In this document: in pieces, positions 14,937 through 25,222 of the stretch | Numbering within the stretch: position 1 is the first letter of the stretch | Layout: every line of letters begins with the position of its first letter | Virus record (IMG/VR): IMGVR_UViG_3300025018_000364 | Location: 1 to 33,815 of that record | Reading direction: 5' to 3' (one strand) | DNA length: 33,815 nt | Source: a virus | Lineage: Duplodnaviria > Caudoviricetes | Notes under the pieces: model-generated | Databases searched by the model: none | What the model was told of the DNA's origin: nothing | What the model saw: the letters and a program-made list of their open reading frames with translations, nothing else | Translations under genes and position numbers: made by a program

Positions 14937-17225
14937 TTAAGCAAATGATTTTAGTTGGTCATAGACTTCTCTGGCTGTGTAATACGACCCGTCTGGTTTT
15001 TGAACTGTAAGGTCGAGATGTGAACCATCACCACCACTTGTTGAGTAGACATTCCCTGTGTTTCCGCCTTTACCGATTGTTTGACCACTTGAGATTGTAT
15101 CCCCGACTTTAACACCTATCGAGTCCAAGTGAGACAACCAAACCTTGTTTCCTTGTGGTGTAAGAACTTGAACTTGATTTCCAAAACCTCCATTTGTTCC
15201 AGCAAATACCACTCGACCACTTACGGGGCTTGGTACTGGATCACCAATCTTCAAGTCAATATCTAATCCATGTTCCCAATATTTACTTCCAAAACCTGTA
15301 ATTTCACCGAGGCTTAGAACTGAGCGTTTGGTCGAGTCGCTCCCCTCAGAGTTAAAAGGCTGTGAACTACCGTCTAAGCTGTCCAGCCACGAATCTATTT
15401 CATCTCCACCACCAGACTGACTAGTAGTGAGTGATTCCTTTTCTTGTAACAATGGTTCTAGCAGGCGATTAAGTTCATTAACAATGTTTTCCTCTGTTGT
15501 ACGAAGGTATTCCTGTCCCTGTTTAGCAATAGGAATACCACTATTAGGGAAGAACGGAGCCTTACCAATTCGGATATCTTCTTCGTATTCTTCAAGGTAA
15601 TTTTGGAGTGATGTTGCTGCCTCTGCAACAGTTCTCATTTCTTGCTCACTCAAAGCACCAAATGTAATCCCACGCTCTTTAGCTGTTGCGAGTTGATTCA
15701 ATGTTTCTCCACTGATGAGCCGTTTAATGTCTGCAATAAATCTTGTTCGATCTCCTACATTCAGAGGAGTCTCTAATCTACCTAATTTGTAAGTACCTAC
15801 TGCTGAATCAAGTCCTGGATCGTCTATCAATCCTTGAATATCACTGATAGCTCGGTCAAGAGCAGTTTCATATTCCTCTTTAATCTTAGCTGTTTCTTCG
15901 TCAGCTCGTGCTTCTTCTTCTGCTCCAACAACAATGCCTTGTGAGATAGCTTCTGAAACGGTTGTTCCGTAAGGAAGACCTAACTTTTCAGCATCAGAAA
16001 GCGAAAGAAGTTTTGCTCCTTCGTCTTCTCCTTCCTCAATAGGATCAGGTGCTCCAATCCTCTGCATAACCAAGTTACCCTGTGCGTCATACGTTGGGTT
16101 GTTTTGGTCGAACATATATCCTTGACCTGTTCCGTCTGTGTAGAACTCAAGGTCAGCCGTTGCGGAGGCGGACGCTGTAAGTCCCTCTGGGAGAGCATGA
16201 GTTGTTACAACAGGTTTACCTGAAACTGGGTCGAAGTAGTACCCGACAAGCTGTCCGTTTTGGATTGAATATTGTGCGTTAGCTTCTGGTGAACTTTGCG
16301 CCCAGATCGCTCGTGCTTCAAAGTCTGACATTCCGCTTTCTTCTAGCATGGCTCGATATTCTTCCTCGCTCATGTCGTCAATCGAGATACCACCAGCCGC
16401 CATGTTTCCTATTGTAGTAGCAAGAGCAGATTTTGCTGCCTCTTGTCTAACAATCTCCTTGTCTCGTTCTGATACCGCAAATTCACGCTCTTGCTGGTAA
16501 CGTGCAATCTCTTTGTCGTATTGTTCGGTAGCTTGGTTTTGAGCTGCCGCCATGAGCTGGGCAATCTGAGCTTGGCGTTCTGCTCGTCTGGCTGCCAGTA
16601 CGTCTTCCGTTGCTTCTTGCGTCTTAGCTTCTGCTGTCTGCTGAAACGGCGAACCAGCCAGACCTGCACCGACGGATATCGAGCTTGTTCTTGCTAGTTG
16701 TTCACGCCCCTGCTGTTCAAGGCGTGCAATCTCTGTCTGGTAAAGCTGTTCTGTTGCGTCGATGACGCTCTGAGCCTGTTCAAGCTGTTCCTGACGGATT
16801 TCTTCTAAAGATCGTGGCTCCGGGACTTCGTAATCCAATGCAGTTGATTCCGTTGTTTGTGCGTTTCTTGCCTCCCAAGCGTTTGCACTGGCTGATCCCG
16901 GAGCATAAGGATTGGCTTGAGAATACATCGAGGCATCTGTTCCTGTAGAAACGATCTGGTTGAGCACAGGTCTTGCCTCTGTAGTGCTCTCAGGTGTGGT
17001 AGTACCAGTTTGCCCTGTAAACGCCTGTGAGGAGGCTACAGCGTCTCCTACGTTGCCTGTACGGGTCGCAATAGACTCCTCTACGAGCTGTGTTGTTGCT
17101 GGTGAAGAATCAAGAACAGAAGGCACGTCTGCCCCTGCCCCCAGACTCCCCTCAGCCATAGCCGCTCCGCCTTCTGATTGAGACTTCAGGATGTCCTCTA
17201 ACGCTTGTTGTTCTGATGTTGCCAT
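14937..17225 (-). CDS. Ejection protein with C-terminal M23 peptidase domain
   Basis: Q/A/E coiled coil, FGALSEQE motif; C-terminal HGLDID, GFGNQV, SHLD, GNTG...SHLD. Confidence 0.8.
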   Translation of the reverse strand: MATSEQQALEDILKSQSEGGAAMAEGSLGAGADVPSVLDSSPATTQLVEESIATRTGNVGDAVASSQAFTGQTGTTTPESTTEARPVLNQIVSTGTDASMYSQANPYAPGSASANAWEARNAQTTESTALDYEVPEPRSLEEIRQEQLEQAQSVIDATEQLYQTEIARLEQQGREQLARTSSISVGAGLAGSPFQQTAEAKTQEATEDVLAARRAERQAQIAQLMAAAQNQATEQYDKEIARYQQEREFAVSERDKEIVRQEAAKSALATTIGNMAAGGISIDDMSEEEYRAMLEESGMSDFEARAIWAQSSPEANAQYSIQNGQLVGYYFDPVSGKPVVTTHALPEGLTASASATADLEFYTDGTGQGYMFDQNNPTYDAQGNLVMQRIGAPDPIEEGEDEGAKLLSLSDAEKLGLPYGTTVSEAISQGIVVGAEEEARADEETAKIKEEYETALDRAISDIQGLIDDPGLDSAVGTYKLGRLETPLNVGDRTRFIADIKRLISGETLNQLATAKERGITFGALSEQEMRTVAEAATSLQNYLEEYEEDIRIGKAPFFPNSGIPIAKQGQEYLRTTEENIVNELNRLLEPLLQEKESLTTSQSGGGDEIDSWLDSLDGSSQPFNSEGSDSTKRSVLSLGEITGFGSKYWEHGLDIDLKIGDPVPSPVSGRVVFAGTNGGFGNQVQVLTPQGNKVWLSHLDSIGVKVGDTISSGQTIGKGGNTGNVYSTSGGDGSHLDLTVQKPDGSYYTAREVYDQLKSFA

Positions 17226-17229
17226 ATGA

Positions 17230-18768
17230 TTATGTACGTGTGATTGCTAGAAGTCGAATTGAAGACCCTTCAACACCAGCATTGCTTTCAACGGTAAAAC
17301 CGTAAGCCACACCAAGAGATGTACTATACGGTAAGAACAGACTGATCTGACTGTGATTAGGTTGGGCATCAGGATAGAAATAACGAATAACAGTTGCTGT
17401 TGCAGCACCACCAGCCAGAGCGTACTTCCTAATTGTTATTGCCCCCGACGTGTTTTCTGTGACCCACACACTCGTTCCGTCACACGTTGCACCACCATTA
17501 CTGATAGCACCTGCTGTTGCGTAAGTAACCCCTGCGACATACGTTGCTGTGGTACCTGAAATGGTGTAACGAGCGAACGTGTTTGAAGAGGTATAAACAT
17601 AGAGGTCTGTTCCGTCTGTAAAAGACGAGCTACCTGTGTTCCATCCTGTTCCTGATATGGTGATTGACGTTACGTTTGCGAGGTCTGCAAGATCGTAGCG
17701 GTCAATCTTATTCGTTCCATTATCGTCGTACTCGACATAAATATAGTTACTTAAAATCATTGAGCTGGCTTCGTTGATTGTCGTACCTGAAAATGAAGTT
17801 GTGTGCGTTATAACATACTGTCCCTGCTCCCTAGCGACACGATAGATATAGTAATTTGCACCTACATAAGTCGTAATCACACCAATTGAACCATCTGAAT
17901 TTGTTGCAAATTTTACATTAGAAGCATAAGTCGTTGTTGTGGAAACAACGTAAGAAAGCACTTGTTCTGGGATAATACCGTGAGTGTGCTCTGCGTCTGC
18001 GTTGCTTCCATCTGAAAGTGTCTCTAACTCAGCACCTGTAATATCAGTTGCTTGAACAATCGCACTCATCTCATTGAGATCGTTCACGTCCCCTGTATAG
18101 CCGTCGAGAGTATTGATTTCTGCTGCTGTTGATGTGATGTCATCTAAAAGAGTCTTCTGGTCTGCACTCGGTAGTCTCGTACCGTATTTACTTGTTGCAA
18201 GCGTGCTTGGGTTCACAAAAAGTCTGGCTGACGTGCCCCCTGCTGCGGTATCTGCGTCAATCTCTGCTTCTGTTGCCTCCTCAACAAGTCCTTTCTGAAC
18301 CGTCGAAGCGTCAGCCGCTCCGGCGTTTGCTTGATCTTCTGCAAACTTGACCGTTGCAAGCTCGTTAGAAGCCGTCGTAAAGCTAGGTGCTGCGTCGTAC
18401 TTCATAATGTTGTCAGCGTCAAACTCATCGTCGGCATTGATGAGCCGATTGATCAAGACAAGGTTCATGTTCGTGATCTTCACACTGGCACCTCGTCCGT
18501 GTTCGTGTCTGTTGTCAGGGCTACTTGTTTTGCTTGTTGCGCTATCTACCCGTGAAAGACCACGAGTCATAGTAGTAATAGAAGCTCCTGAGAGCGTCGC
18601 AAGGACGTGTTCCTCGGTTGATTGTCCCTCGTCAATGGTCAAAATATAATCACCGGACAGAGTTGTATTGTCTGCGTCGGTACTGGTGTTGAGTGTCCCA
18701 GTCGTTGCAGTATTACTTATTTTGGAGGCTAACGATGTTTCAAAGTTAGCTAATACTTTTGGTAGCAT
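17230..18768 (-). CDS. Tail fibre/spike protein
   Basis: S/T-rich; ASTVQKGLVEEAT fibre repeat; beta-rich C-terminal domain. Confidence 0.7.
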   Translation of the reverse strand: MLPKVLANFETSLASKISNTATTGTLNTSTDADNTTLSGDYILTIDEGQSTEEHVLATLSGASITTMTRGLSRVDSATSKTSSPDNRHEHGRGASVKITNMNLVLINRLINADDEFDADNIMKYDAAPSFTTASNELATVKFAEDQANAGAADASTVQKGLVEEATEAEIDADTAAGGTSARLFVNPSTLATSKYGTRLPSADQKTLLDDITSTAAEINTLDGYTGDVNDLNEMSAIVQATDITGAELETLSDGSNADAEHTHGIIPEQVLSYVVSTTTTYASNVKFATNSDGSIGVITTYVGANYYIYRVAREQGQYVITHTTSFSGTTINEASSMILSNYIYVEYDDNGTNKIDRYDLADLANVTSITISGTGWNTGSSSFTDGTDLYVYTSSNTFARYTISGTTATYVAGVTYATAGAISNGGATCDGTSVWVTENTSGAITIRKYALAGGAATATVIRYFYPDAQPNHSQISLFLPYSTSLGVAYGFTVESNAGVEGSSIRLLAITRT

Positions 18769-18769
18769 A

Positions 18770-20605
18770 TTATGTAGTTCTAAATCGTTTTAGGTTCTTT
18801 TTGCCGTATGTTCGGATGTCAAAGAAGTTTAGCTCTGTTACAGATAGATACCCGACGTTCGTTGCTTCTATGCGTACTTTTACCTTGTCAAAATAGTCAG
18901 AGTTGATTCTAAACTCTCGTGTGTAGTCTCTTGCAGTGATACCGCTTCCACCACCACCAACAGCGAGTGAGCCGACTTGTGGGCTTCCTACGTTGGTTGA
19001 TTCTGATGTTGCGACATAGCTTCCGTCGCCGTCTATGGTTCCCACTTCCTCGAAGTTGCCGTTGTCATAAGCAAGTGAAACGGTGGCTGATTGATCCACT
19101 CCGATCTGACCTTTGACAGTAAACCGTTTCAGTTTCTTCAACTCTTCTACCTCCAATGCGGTTAGTTTCCCCTCCCAATAGTTGTTGATAATGGCGTCGT
19201 TGGCTGCGAAGCCTGTGAACGCTTGATAGACATTGTTTGAGGCACTGTCCCCAATCCATAATGCACCGTTGTAGTCGTCCATGCATGAAACGAAATAGTC
19301 GGTCATGTCAAAAGACTTCCAAATGGTGTGGTAGGCAAACATTCGATCGGGATTATCGCTGTCTTCGGTCTTACAAGAGAAGAGAACATAATCACCCCAA
19401 CGGAATGCTACAGAATCGCTAAAATCAAACGATGAAAGGTCTACGTTGAACGAAATGCTGACTGGGACGACCTCGGCGTTTTGAAGGTCTAGGGTCATCA
19501 GCTTAAACCGTGGTTCTGACGGATTGGAGTTGTCGATGTAGTAAATACCGTCACCAGTTGAAACGGCAGCTCTCCAGTTAGGCATTCCTGTATTCTCACG
19601 AAATACCTCGTTGGTTACGTCTAGATCGTCAAGCGAGATATTGAATATCCAAAAGTTCCTCTGATGAGGAATGTAAGCGTCTTGTTTGTAGAAAAGAATG
19701 TTCTGCAAGTCTCCACCAGTTGGTTGTGGCAAGAAGAACCCCTGTGAAGCTGTACGAGTACCAGAGAAAGTGAAGTCTGCTAGTCCTTGTGCTGTACTGT
19801 CTTCCCATTCGTAGTTTGCTGTGACTGATCCCGTAGTTGTTCCGCTAAATGTGATGTTGTATGCCCCTGTGGCGTAGTTGATCGTTCCGGTGGCGTCACC
19901 GACAAATCCTCCGTTCTTGTCGTCTTGTGCTGTAAGTGTCCCGTCTGTAAAGACGGCGTTAAAGCACGTTCGATCACCTGTTACAGCTGCAAGCGTGCCT
20001 GTGTAGTTGGTTGATCCTGACGATCCGATAGCCTCTGAGCTTACGGTTGTATAGACTGTGCTGTTTTGGAGGTCTTTATACGATCCGTAGATGTAGTTTT
20101 TGTTGTTCAATCGGTTCCAGAGGTGAATGCGTCCGTTTTCTGCTGTGATGTACCCCTTGAAGTTCTTAGCTGCGTCGTACAAGTCTTTGATCGAGCCGGG
20201 ATTCGCTAACATCATCTTGTAGTAGCCACTGTTAGGGCTTGAAATCCACGCCTGATAGCCTGCTAGGGACGTGTAGGTCGTAATTGCCACGTCTTCGCCG
20301 TCAGCGTCCGTTCCAAGCACGTCAGAGCCACTTTCCGTCCAGTCTGTGGTGTAGTATTCGATCTTCTTGCCACGAGTTCTGATTGGTAGAAGCGTCCCAT
20401 CCACCTTTTCAGCGACTTTCAGCCCTGTGATCTTCCCTGTTCCGGTTGCTTCTGTACCAATAATAGAATATCCACCTGTTAATTCGATCTTATCACCTGA
20501 AGTAAGCCAGTTCAGCGACTTGCTGGCGGCTTCTTCAGGGATTGAGTGATCCTCGATTGAGTTCACTGTCCCCTTCGTGAAGTTTTTGACCGAAAATTCT
20601 CTCAT
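18770..20605 (-). CDS. Tail nozzle / stabilisation protein (P22 gp10-like position)
   Basis: 611 aa, beta-rich; follows the adaptor gene. Confidence 0.65.
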   Translation of the reverse strand: MREFSVKNFTKGTVNSIEDHSIPEEAASKSLNWLTSGDKIELTGGYSIIGTEATGTGKITGLKVAEKVDGTLLPIRTRGKKIEYYTTDWTESGSDVLGTDADGEDVAITTYTSLAGYQAWISSPNSGYYKMMLANPGSIKDLYDAAKNFKGYITAENGRIHLWNRLNNKNYIYGSYKDLQNSTVYTTVSSEAIGSSGSTNYTGTLAAVTGDRTCFNAVFTDGTLTAQDDKNGGFVGDATGTINYATGAYNITFSGTTTGSVTANYEWEDSTAQGLADFTFSGTRTASQGFFLPQPTGGDLQNILFYKQDAYIPHQRNFWIFNISLDDLDVTNEVFRENTGMPNWRAAVSTGDGIYYIDNSNPSEPRFKLMTLDLQNAEVVPVSISFNVDLSSFDFSDSVAFRWGDYVLFSCKTEDSDNPDRMFAYHTIWKSFDMTDYFVSCMDDYNGALWIGDSASNNVYQAFTGFAANDAIINNYWEGKLTALEVEELKKLKRFTVKGQIGVDQSATVSLAYDNGNFEEVGTIDGDGSYVATSESTNVGSPQVGSLAVGGGGSGITARDYTREFRINSDYFDKVKVRIEATNVGYLSVTELNFFDIRTYGKKNLKRFRTT

Positions 20606-20606
20606 A

Positions 20607-21248
20607 CTAGAGGTTCACGCCTTTAGGATTGTTATAGTCTGCCCGTCGTCTAGGTGAGCGATTGACCATCTTTAGTTTATCGTTCCAGCTCATCATTCGG
20701 TTCAGTTCTCGTTCATACTGTGCTGACCAGCGATCATCCCAAGAGCGAGATTTCTCACCAGCGTCTGAAGCATAGTAAAGCTCCGCCATTTTTAGAGGAA
20801 GGATTGAGTGAAAACGAGAAGGGAAAGACCACTCTGATCCGCTCGTGATGTCTGCTGAATACTCTGTGTAGTAGAAGTACATCGTCTTTGCGTTGTGGTT
20901 TGACCCTGAAAGGTAAATGTTGCCTCCTGCAAGATCAATAAAATACCCGAGAGGGTGATTAGCTCGGGCGTATCGGTCGTCGAAGTCTACCTTTGCATAG
21001 TCTACATAGCTTGTATCCTCGACCATGCGAACAGGCATAGCAAAGCGTGTTGGAAGTGTACCAATGGTGGATGTAAAGCTGTAACCAGAGGAAACACTGT
21101 ATGACGTTTCCTTTTTAAGTTGTTCCCACTCAAGCGAGGATTCAACCTCGTCTTTTGCGTCGTTCAAAAGCTGGTAGGCAAAATCGCTGTCGATTGTGTC
21201 CTGAACCATGTTCTCGAACTTTGTGATGATTGTTAATCCTGTTGCCAT
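20607..21248 (-). CDS. Head-tail adaptor protein
   Basis: LLNDAKDEV...W..LKK; FPSRFHSIL; size and synteny. Confidence 0.7.
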   Translation of the reverse strand: MATGLTIITKFENMVQDTIDSDFAYQLLNDAKDEVESSLEWEQLKKETSYSVSSGYSFTSTIGTLPTRFAMPVRMVEDTSYVDYAKVDFDDRYARANHPLGYFIDLAGGNIYLSGSNHNAKTMYFYYTEYSADITSGSEWSFPSRFHSILPLKMAELYYASDAGEKSRSWDDRWSAQYERELNRMMSWNDKLKMVNRSPRRRADYNNPKGVNL

Positions 21249-21297
21249 ATTGGTAATTCATTCATCCCTGACCCTGTAAAGGATCAGAGGGAAAGAA

Positions 21298-22110
21298 CTA
21301 TTGTGATACCCAGTAACGGCAGTGGAACACGACTTTTCCAGCAGTCACATCCTGACCACCTGCGACTGTCACCTGGAAGGTTCGAGCGGCGGCGGTTTTC
21401 TTTGGAGTCTGTGAAGTAACTGTTAAAGCGTCCATGCCCTGAACAGCGATACCTGCGTCCCAAGGGTTTGCTCCGTCAGAGATCGCAATAGCAGCGAACA
21501 GATCCCCGTCAGTTGGAAAACCGAGGGTCAAGGTTGCTGCGTCTGAGAAAGATGTGAGCGTTGTCAACACCTCATAGGAGTCACACCATACAATAGCGTT
21601 GTCTGGGATCGTAGGTGAGCCAGTAAGAGCAATCGCTCCCTGTGCTCCACCATCAACATCAAAGTCATAGACGACGATGGCTTCCTTTGCGACAGCAAGG
21701 GTTCCTGTACCAGCAGTATCAGCAACCATTGAGTTCTCAACGGCTCCGGCTGCAATAGTCACTGCACCAGAACCGTCCATTGTTACGTCACCTGAGAGGG
21801 CAGCGTACTGAGCGTCAGCACCAGAACCTTGTCCAATAAGGATCTTCCCTGATGAGTCTGAACGAGCGAACTTAGCAAGAGAAACGGTGTTTGCTGCGAG
21901 AGTCAAAGCACCCGTATTGCTGAGCGTTGCGTCTCCACTCATGGTGACTTCTGCTGTTACTCCTGAAGAGTTACCAACATAGATTTTTCCTGAAGCAAGT
22001 GAGTCTTGAATGTTTGCAACGATGTTCCCGTCTGCGTCCACAAGGACTGTACTACCTTTCATGAGCCGTGATCCTCCTGCGAGGTCTACGTCTCGATTAA
22101 ATGTTTTCAT
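21298..22110 (-). CDS. Head fibre / decoration protein
   Basis: Repeats of SGKIxxG...SGDxT; directly after the capsid gene. Confidence 0.6.
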   Translation of the reverse strand: MKTFNRDVDLAGGSRLMKGSTVLVDADGNIVANIQDSLASGKIYVGNSSGVTAEVTMSGDATLSNTGALTLAANTVSLAKFARSDSSGKILIGQGSGADAQYAALSGDVTMDGSGAVTIAAGAVENSMVADTAGTGTLAVAKEAIVVYDFDVDGGAQGAIALTGSPTIPDNAIVWCDSYEVLTTLTSFSDAATLTLGFPTDGDLFAAIAISDGANPWDAGIAVQGMDALTVTSQTPKKTAAARTFQVTVAGGQDVTAGKVVFHCRYWVSQ

Positions 22111-22187
22111 AATTGTCTCTTAATCCGCTCGAAGCGGAGAGAGGGGGCTATTGCTAGCCCCGTCTTACCTAGTTAGAGCCGTTGGTT

Positions 22188-23456
22188 TTAGACCCAAGCT
22201 GCGGAGTTGATATCAACACTCACAAGGGCGTCTGCACCCTCTGTAAAGGTCTTGAGACCGTAGAGAGCACGTGGCTTCACGTACACACCGAACTGCTTAG
22301 GGATATCAGAGATTTTGACTCCAACTTCCTTCTGCATAACGAGATCAACTGCACCCTTCTGTCCGAACATCTGGTGAGAGATTTCGGAAGTCCAAGCGTC
22401 TGTTGTGTCAGTAAGCGTTTCGCTCACAACGATGTAACCATACCCCTCTGCAACACCAGTTGCGGTATTAGCATCGTTGTCGTTTGTCCAGACAATGTTT
22501 GCGAGAAGCCGTTGGTTGGCAGCACTCACAGAAGAGTAACCTGTGTCCGTTGCTTCTGCTTCTGAATCAGCACCTGCTGAGTTCAAGAATTCAACAAGGT
22601 TTGCACGGGTAATGTCTACTGTGGAAGCGATGTGAACTTCAGCTGCACCTGATGCAGTTGTAAGAGTGGTTTGGAAGGTAATAGTAACACCGTTGATGAC
22701 GAGTGTGTCGCCATCAGTTGGGTTGGTTGCCATTGAAAGAACACCCGTCCATGAACCGTTGGTTGTGATGTAGTTATCAAAACCGAAGTATGAACTCATA
22801 TAACCGTTCTTTCCGACCATGTCTCCTTGTGCGGATTCACGACCAGCAAGAGAGAGGCTCAACTTCTCGTAGAAGTTTGGGTTGCAGTTTGCAAAACCTG
22901 AGCTTCCCATTGGTTTCATGTTTCCAGCGTCAGGTCGTGGGTCTGGCTGACCAGAAATTGACACATCCTCCAACTGGAGCTTTCGCAGAGCCGCGGAGTA
23001 CACCTGCAACACGTTTGATGTGTCGAGTGAGATTCCTGTTCCTGCTGTTCCACCAACGTCACCAGCGTCAACGGTATTGGTTGCGTTAGCTACTTCTCCG
23101 AGATAGTCAGAGTCAATGCGCTTGCTGATAGCTCGCACACCGTCACCGGCAACACGGTTTTGAATGTTTGACTTGTGCTGGAGAGCATCGAAGTCGTCCA
23201 CTCGCAAGAGGATTCCTGGGATTTGGTTTACAGTAAGAGTTTCAGAAGCCTCTGTGTAACCCTGCTCGGTCATGTCTGATCCTCGTGTGTAAGACTCAGA
23301 GTAAAGACGAGCAAAGGTTGGGCGAACGACAGCTTCACCATCGTTTAAGGTTGCACGTTCCTCGAAAGAGGCTTGTGCGGTAAATACAGGGGTCGAGTAT
23401 CGAGTAACCTGCATTCGCTTCGAGAGTTTTGTCTCGAAGATACTTGTATTTGCCAT
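22188..23456 (-). CDS. Major capsid protein (HK97 fold, P22-coat-like) with inserted domain
   Basis: 422 aa after the scaffold; YFGFDNYIT and C-terminal LYGLKTF patterns. Confidence 0.85.
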   Translation of the reverse strand: MANTSIFETKLSKRMQVTRYSTPVFTAQASFEERATLNDGEAVVRPTFARLYSESYTRGSDMTEQGYTEASETLTVNQIPGILLRVDDFDALQHKSNIQNRVAGDGVRAISKRIDSDYLGEVANATNTVDAGDVGGTAGTGISLDTSNVLQVYSAALRKLQLEDVSISGQPDPRPDAGNMKPMGSSGFANCNPNFYEKLSLSLAGRESAQGDMVGKNGYMSSYFGFDNYITTNGSWTGVLSMATNPTDGDTLVINGVTITFQTTLTTASGAAEVHIASTVDITRANLVEFLNSAGADSEAEATDTGYSSVSAANQRLLANIVWTNDNDANTATGVAEGYGYIVVSETLTDTTDAWTSEISHQMFGQKGAVDLVMQKEVGVKISDIPKQFGVYVKPRALYGLKTFTEGADALVSVDINSAAWV

Positions 23457-23459
23457 AGA

Positions 23460-24254
23460 TTAATTGTATCGACTTTCCTGTCCTTCTGACCACTTCACAT
23501 ACTTTGCGTATGCCTTTGGGTCTGAATCAGCGAGTTGAATTTCTTCTGCGTCTGACAGTTTCTTGAAGCTCACCATTTCAGAGCTTCGACCACCAGAGGG
23601 TTCAGCAGACATTTTATTCTTGAACTCGAATTGATCCTTTTTAACCCTGTAAATATCCTCGACACGGTAGGTGTTGTAACCTTCCGTGAATGCAAGCTCC
23701 ATAACTTGGGCTTTCACATCTCGGATATGAGCGTCAGATACTTCGGGAAAGTCTTGTTTGAGTAAAGGGAGTACAGACTCATCGAAATCGTTGGATACTT
23801 TTGATTTATATCCTTCAATCTCTTTTTCTTTGACGATTCTGTCGTACTTGGACATATCCGGCACAGGGATTGCTTCCTTGAACACGTCTAGGAGGCTTTT
23901 TGCTGCGCTTGGATCAAGTCCGTGCTCTTTCGCCACCTGTTCCAGCTTTGCCTCGTAAGAGGTTGGATTGGTAGATCGGAGCTTTGTTTCGTACTCGTCT
24001 TTGAGCTTCTGCATTTGTGCTTCGGCTTCTTGGCGAGCTTCTTCTCTTGCCTTCTCTACCGCCCGTTTTTTTTCTTCTTGAGCCTTAGATACTGGCATGG
24101 TGTAGACGGGTCGTTCTTTTTCAGGTTCAGGCTTGACCTGCTCAGGTTCCTCACTAGGTTCCTGTTCCAACTCCTCTACGTCTTCGGTTTGTTCAGTAGT
24201 TTCCTCTACTTGATCGTTTTCGAGCTGATCTAGCTCTTGGTCTTCTTCAGACAT
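23460..24254 (-). CDS. Capsid scaffolding protein
   Basis: Very acidic N-terminus, coiled coil; immediately before the capsid gene; ATG at 24254. Confidence 0.8.
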   Translation of the reverse strand: MSEEDQELDQLENDQVEETTEQTEDVEELEQEPSEEPEQVKPEPEKERPVYTMPVSKAQEEKKRAVEKAREEARQEAEAQMQKLKDEYETKLRSTNPTSYEAKLEQVAKEHGLDPSAAKSLLDVFKEAIPVPDMSKYDRIVKEKEIEGYKSKVSNDFDESVLPLLKQDFPEVSDAHIRDVKAQVMELAFTEGYNTYRVEDIYRVKKDQFEFKNKMSAEPSGGRSSEMVSFKKLSDAEEIQLADSDPKAYAKYVKWSEGQESRYN

Positions 24255-24294
24255 AAGATATTTTTTTGTGCTTGACTGCACAGGTTATTATTTG

Positions 24295-24453
24295 CGTTCT
24301 CAACCGAGAACAAAGGTTTGTAATGCGCTTCCACGCAAGAAAACACCACACTTTTGATAGCGTGGTGCTGGTAACTAAGGACTAAGACAACGGCGAAGTA
24401 ACTTAGCCCTTAATAGCCAGCGCAAAGCTATCAAAGGTCGCCGTTGTTTTGGT
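24295..24453 (-). promoter_or_regulatory. Structured leader upstream of scaffold/capsid genes
   Basis: Long interrupted hairpin 24351-24437; its loop ACAACGGCGA (24387-24396) is complementary to 24438-24447. Confidence 0.6.
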
Positions 24454-24459
24454 TTAGTT

Positions 24460-24906
24460 TTACTTGTTGTTTTTATCTACAAACATTTGTGCCAATGCTT
24501 TGTAATTGTCGCCATGCTTTGATCGACTGTACGTTCTGATTTCTTCCTTGTAGTTCTTGTGGCTTTTGTACACCACACAAGCGTCTGCACTTTCTTTGAA
24601 GTAATACTCCCAGATTGACTTACGGAGGTTTGCTAGGACTTGACCCGGTACGATAACCCCACTGGGTGTCTGCACATCTCCCATGTCATTGACAGTCATT
24701 TCAGCGAGTACCACCTCAACAGGCTTTTCGTTCACTTTAGAGACTGACTCAGCAATCTTTTGGATCTCTTCTTCTGTATAGGTTGGAGGTTCAATCACAG
24801 CCTCCGAAGGGATCAGAGCCTCTAGCTTGGCTATGCCCCACCGTTTGTCGTACTCAATCCCGAGCGAGTCGAGTTTGTCGTACAATGGTTGTTTATCCTG
24901 TTTCAT
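24460..24906 (-). CDS. Hypothetical head-module protein
   Basis: N-terminal LDSLGIEYDKRWGIAKLEALI small helical motif. Confidence 0.75.
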   Translation of the reverse strand: MKQDKQPLYDKLDSLGIEYDKRWGIAKLEALIPSEAVIEPPTYTEEEIQKIAESVSKVNEKPVEVVLAEMTVNDMGDVQTPSGVIVPGQVLANLRKSIWEYYFKESADACVVYKSHKNYKEEIRTYSRSKHGDNYKALAQMFVDKNNK

Positions 24907-25211
24907 AGTTTTTTGACATATTCTTCTACGTTACGAATTGCTTGTCTGGCGATATCAAACTGCTCAACAAACCACACCCAACAACTTCGTTCAGTCATCA
25001 TTCCTTTACGCTCCTCCATTGTCATATCTACATTATACAACAGTTTCTCGTTTATGGCTTGAATACGGCTATCTAGTTCCTCTAAGAGGATTTTGACCCC
25101 GTCATGTTCTTGTAAGTCGATAACCATTTCAGCACGTTTGGCTGTCTTTTCCATGTTCGTAAGACGCATGGCTTTCTCTGGGTGTTCTTCTTTTTGTTGT
25201 GATAAGTCCAT
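24903..25211 (-). CDS. Hypothetical head-module protein
   Basis: 102-aa helical ORF in the usual post-portal position. Confidence 0.75.
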   Translation of the reverse strand: MDLSQQKEEHPEKAMRLTNMEKTAKRAEMVIDLQEHDGVKILLEELDSRIQAINEKLLYNVDMTMEERKGMMTERSCWVWFVEQFDIARQAIRNVEEYVKKL

Positions 25212-25222
25212 ACAAGTGTGAG

